NCBI GenBank assembly: GCA_040222015.1
Contig: JAVJWO010000217.1
Span: forward strand, 1-52,568
DNA: 52,568 bases
Origin: Coleofasciculus chthonoplastes F2-STO-03
GTDB lineage: Bacteria; Cyanobacteriota; Cyanobacteriia; Cyanobacteriales; Coleofasciculaceae
Direction: 5' to 3'
Part shown: positions 51,794 to 52,568 of the stretch, piece after piece
How positions within the stretch are numbered: position 1 is the first letter of the stretch
Layout: the number at the start of each line of letters is the position of its first letter
Notes under the pieces: generated by a model
The model's input: the letters and a program-made list of their open reading frames with translations, nothing else
What the model was told of the DNA's origin: nothing
The model's database searches: none
Program-made: the position numbers and the translations under genes

Positions 51794-52568
51794 CCGTTAT
51801 GAAAGACCTACTCAAAGTTGGTCAACCTTAGTCAGACTTAACTTTGATGCTTACTTCCTGCTTCGCTCTGACGGTGACGGCACTCAACCAGTCCACAGGC
51901 TATCACCACCTAACTGGCGGAACCATTCCAAATTAATGGAGGCATTAAAATCTCTGTCGATTTCCAGTCCGCAGTTATCGCACCGGAAAACTCGCTCTGA
52001 TAAAGGCATCTCCTCTTGGACGGTATGGCATCTTGAGCAGGTTTTAGTTGAGGGATACCATCGGTCTACTACAACCAAGCTTGATCCGTACAACTGGCAC
52101 TTATACTCTAACTGGCGTTTGAACTCGTGAAAGCCCATATCCTGAATAGCTTTCGCCAATTTGTGATTAGCCATCATGCCCGACACATTAAGATTCTCTA
52201 TTCCTATTCGGCTGTGGTTTTGGGCTAAATAGGACGTGAGTTTGTGCAATGTATCTTTGCGAATGTTGGCTATTTTTCGATGGAGTCTAGCTATCTTAAT
52301 TTGGGCTTTCTTCCAATTAACTGAACCAATTTGTTTATGACGATTTATCCATTGCAGTCGTGAGAGTTTTTTCTCGTACTTTCGGTAAGCTTTCGCCCCC
52401 TCCACTACAATCCCGGTAGACAACACGGCTAACGCTTTTATGCCCAGATCGACACCCACTACAGGGTGGGGTTTGGGGCGGTTGACTGGTTCATATTCCA
52501 GCTTAAAGCTGATAAACCATCGGTCAGCCGTCCTGGATATGGTCACAGATTTGGGCTGAAAACAAACG
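51794..52568 (-). mobile_element. Right part of a tnpB-carrying IS, probably IS607 family
   Basis: 3' region GCCTGTGGACT...AAGCAGGAAGTAA... ending ...AACGG, without the hairpin+TCAA/TTCAC end seen on the other elements. Confidence 0.55.
51884..52568 (-). CDS. tnpB: RNA-guided endonuclease TnpB (5' end outside the window)
   Basis: GVDLGIK, IENLNV, STKTCSRC...CDNC, DRDFNASIN; frame stays open to the window edge. Confidence 0.92.
   Translation of the reverse strand, partial: VCFQPKSVTISRTADRWFISFKLEYEPVNRPKPHPVVGVDLGIKALAVLSTGIVVEGAKAYRKYEKKLSRLQWINRHKQIGSVNWKKAQIKIARLHRKIANIRKDTLHKLTSYLAQNHSRIGIENLNVSGMMANHKLAKAIQDMGFHEFKRQLEYKCQLYGSSLVVVDRWYPSTKTCSRCHTVQEEMPLSERVFRCDNCGLEIDRDFNASINLEWFRQLGGDSLWTG

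Overview
This is a chromosomal window from a cyanobacterium, probably a filamentous, repeat-rich one. The evidence is petG, cytM, ndhL, sqdB/sqdX, frequent HIP1 GCGATCGC octamers, heptamer/nonamer tandem repeats and GTAG-type palindromes. Most of it is housekeeping and accessory genes: rsmD, pgi, trpA, surE, argB, a GAF-GAF-PAS adenylate cyclase, peptidases, three PEP-CTERM proteins and Uma2 nucleases. It also holds a tRNA-Leu(UAA) with a group I intron whose P9 hairpin is tandemly duplicated. There are at least six IS200/IS605- or IS607-derived elements: one intact solo tnpB, a partial tnpB at the right edge, a tnpA tail at the left edge, two tnpB remnants, and a 367-bp non-coding element inserted in yqgF. 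The best candidate for an undescribed system is a compact five-gene cluster at 43403-48806. It encodes a TauD/clavaminate-synthase-like Fe/2OG dioxygenase, two EctB-like diaminobutyrate aminotransferases (one with altered active-site motifs), a D-glutamate-cyclase-like DUF4392 protein and a SAM methyltransferase, with no ectA/ectC or siderophore synthetase. All product calls come from motif recognition by eye; no database searches were run.
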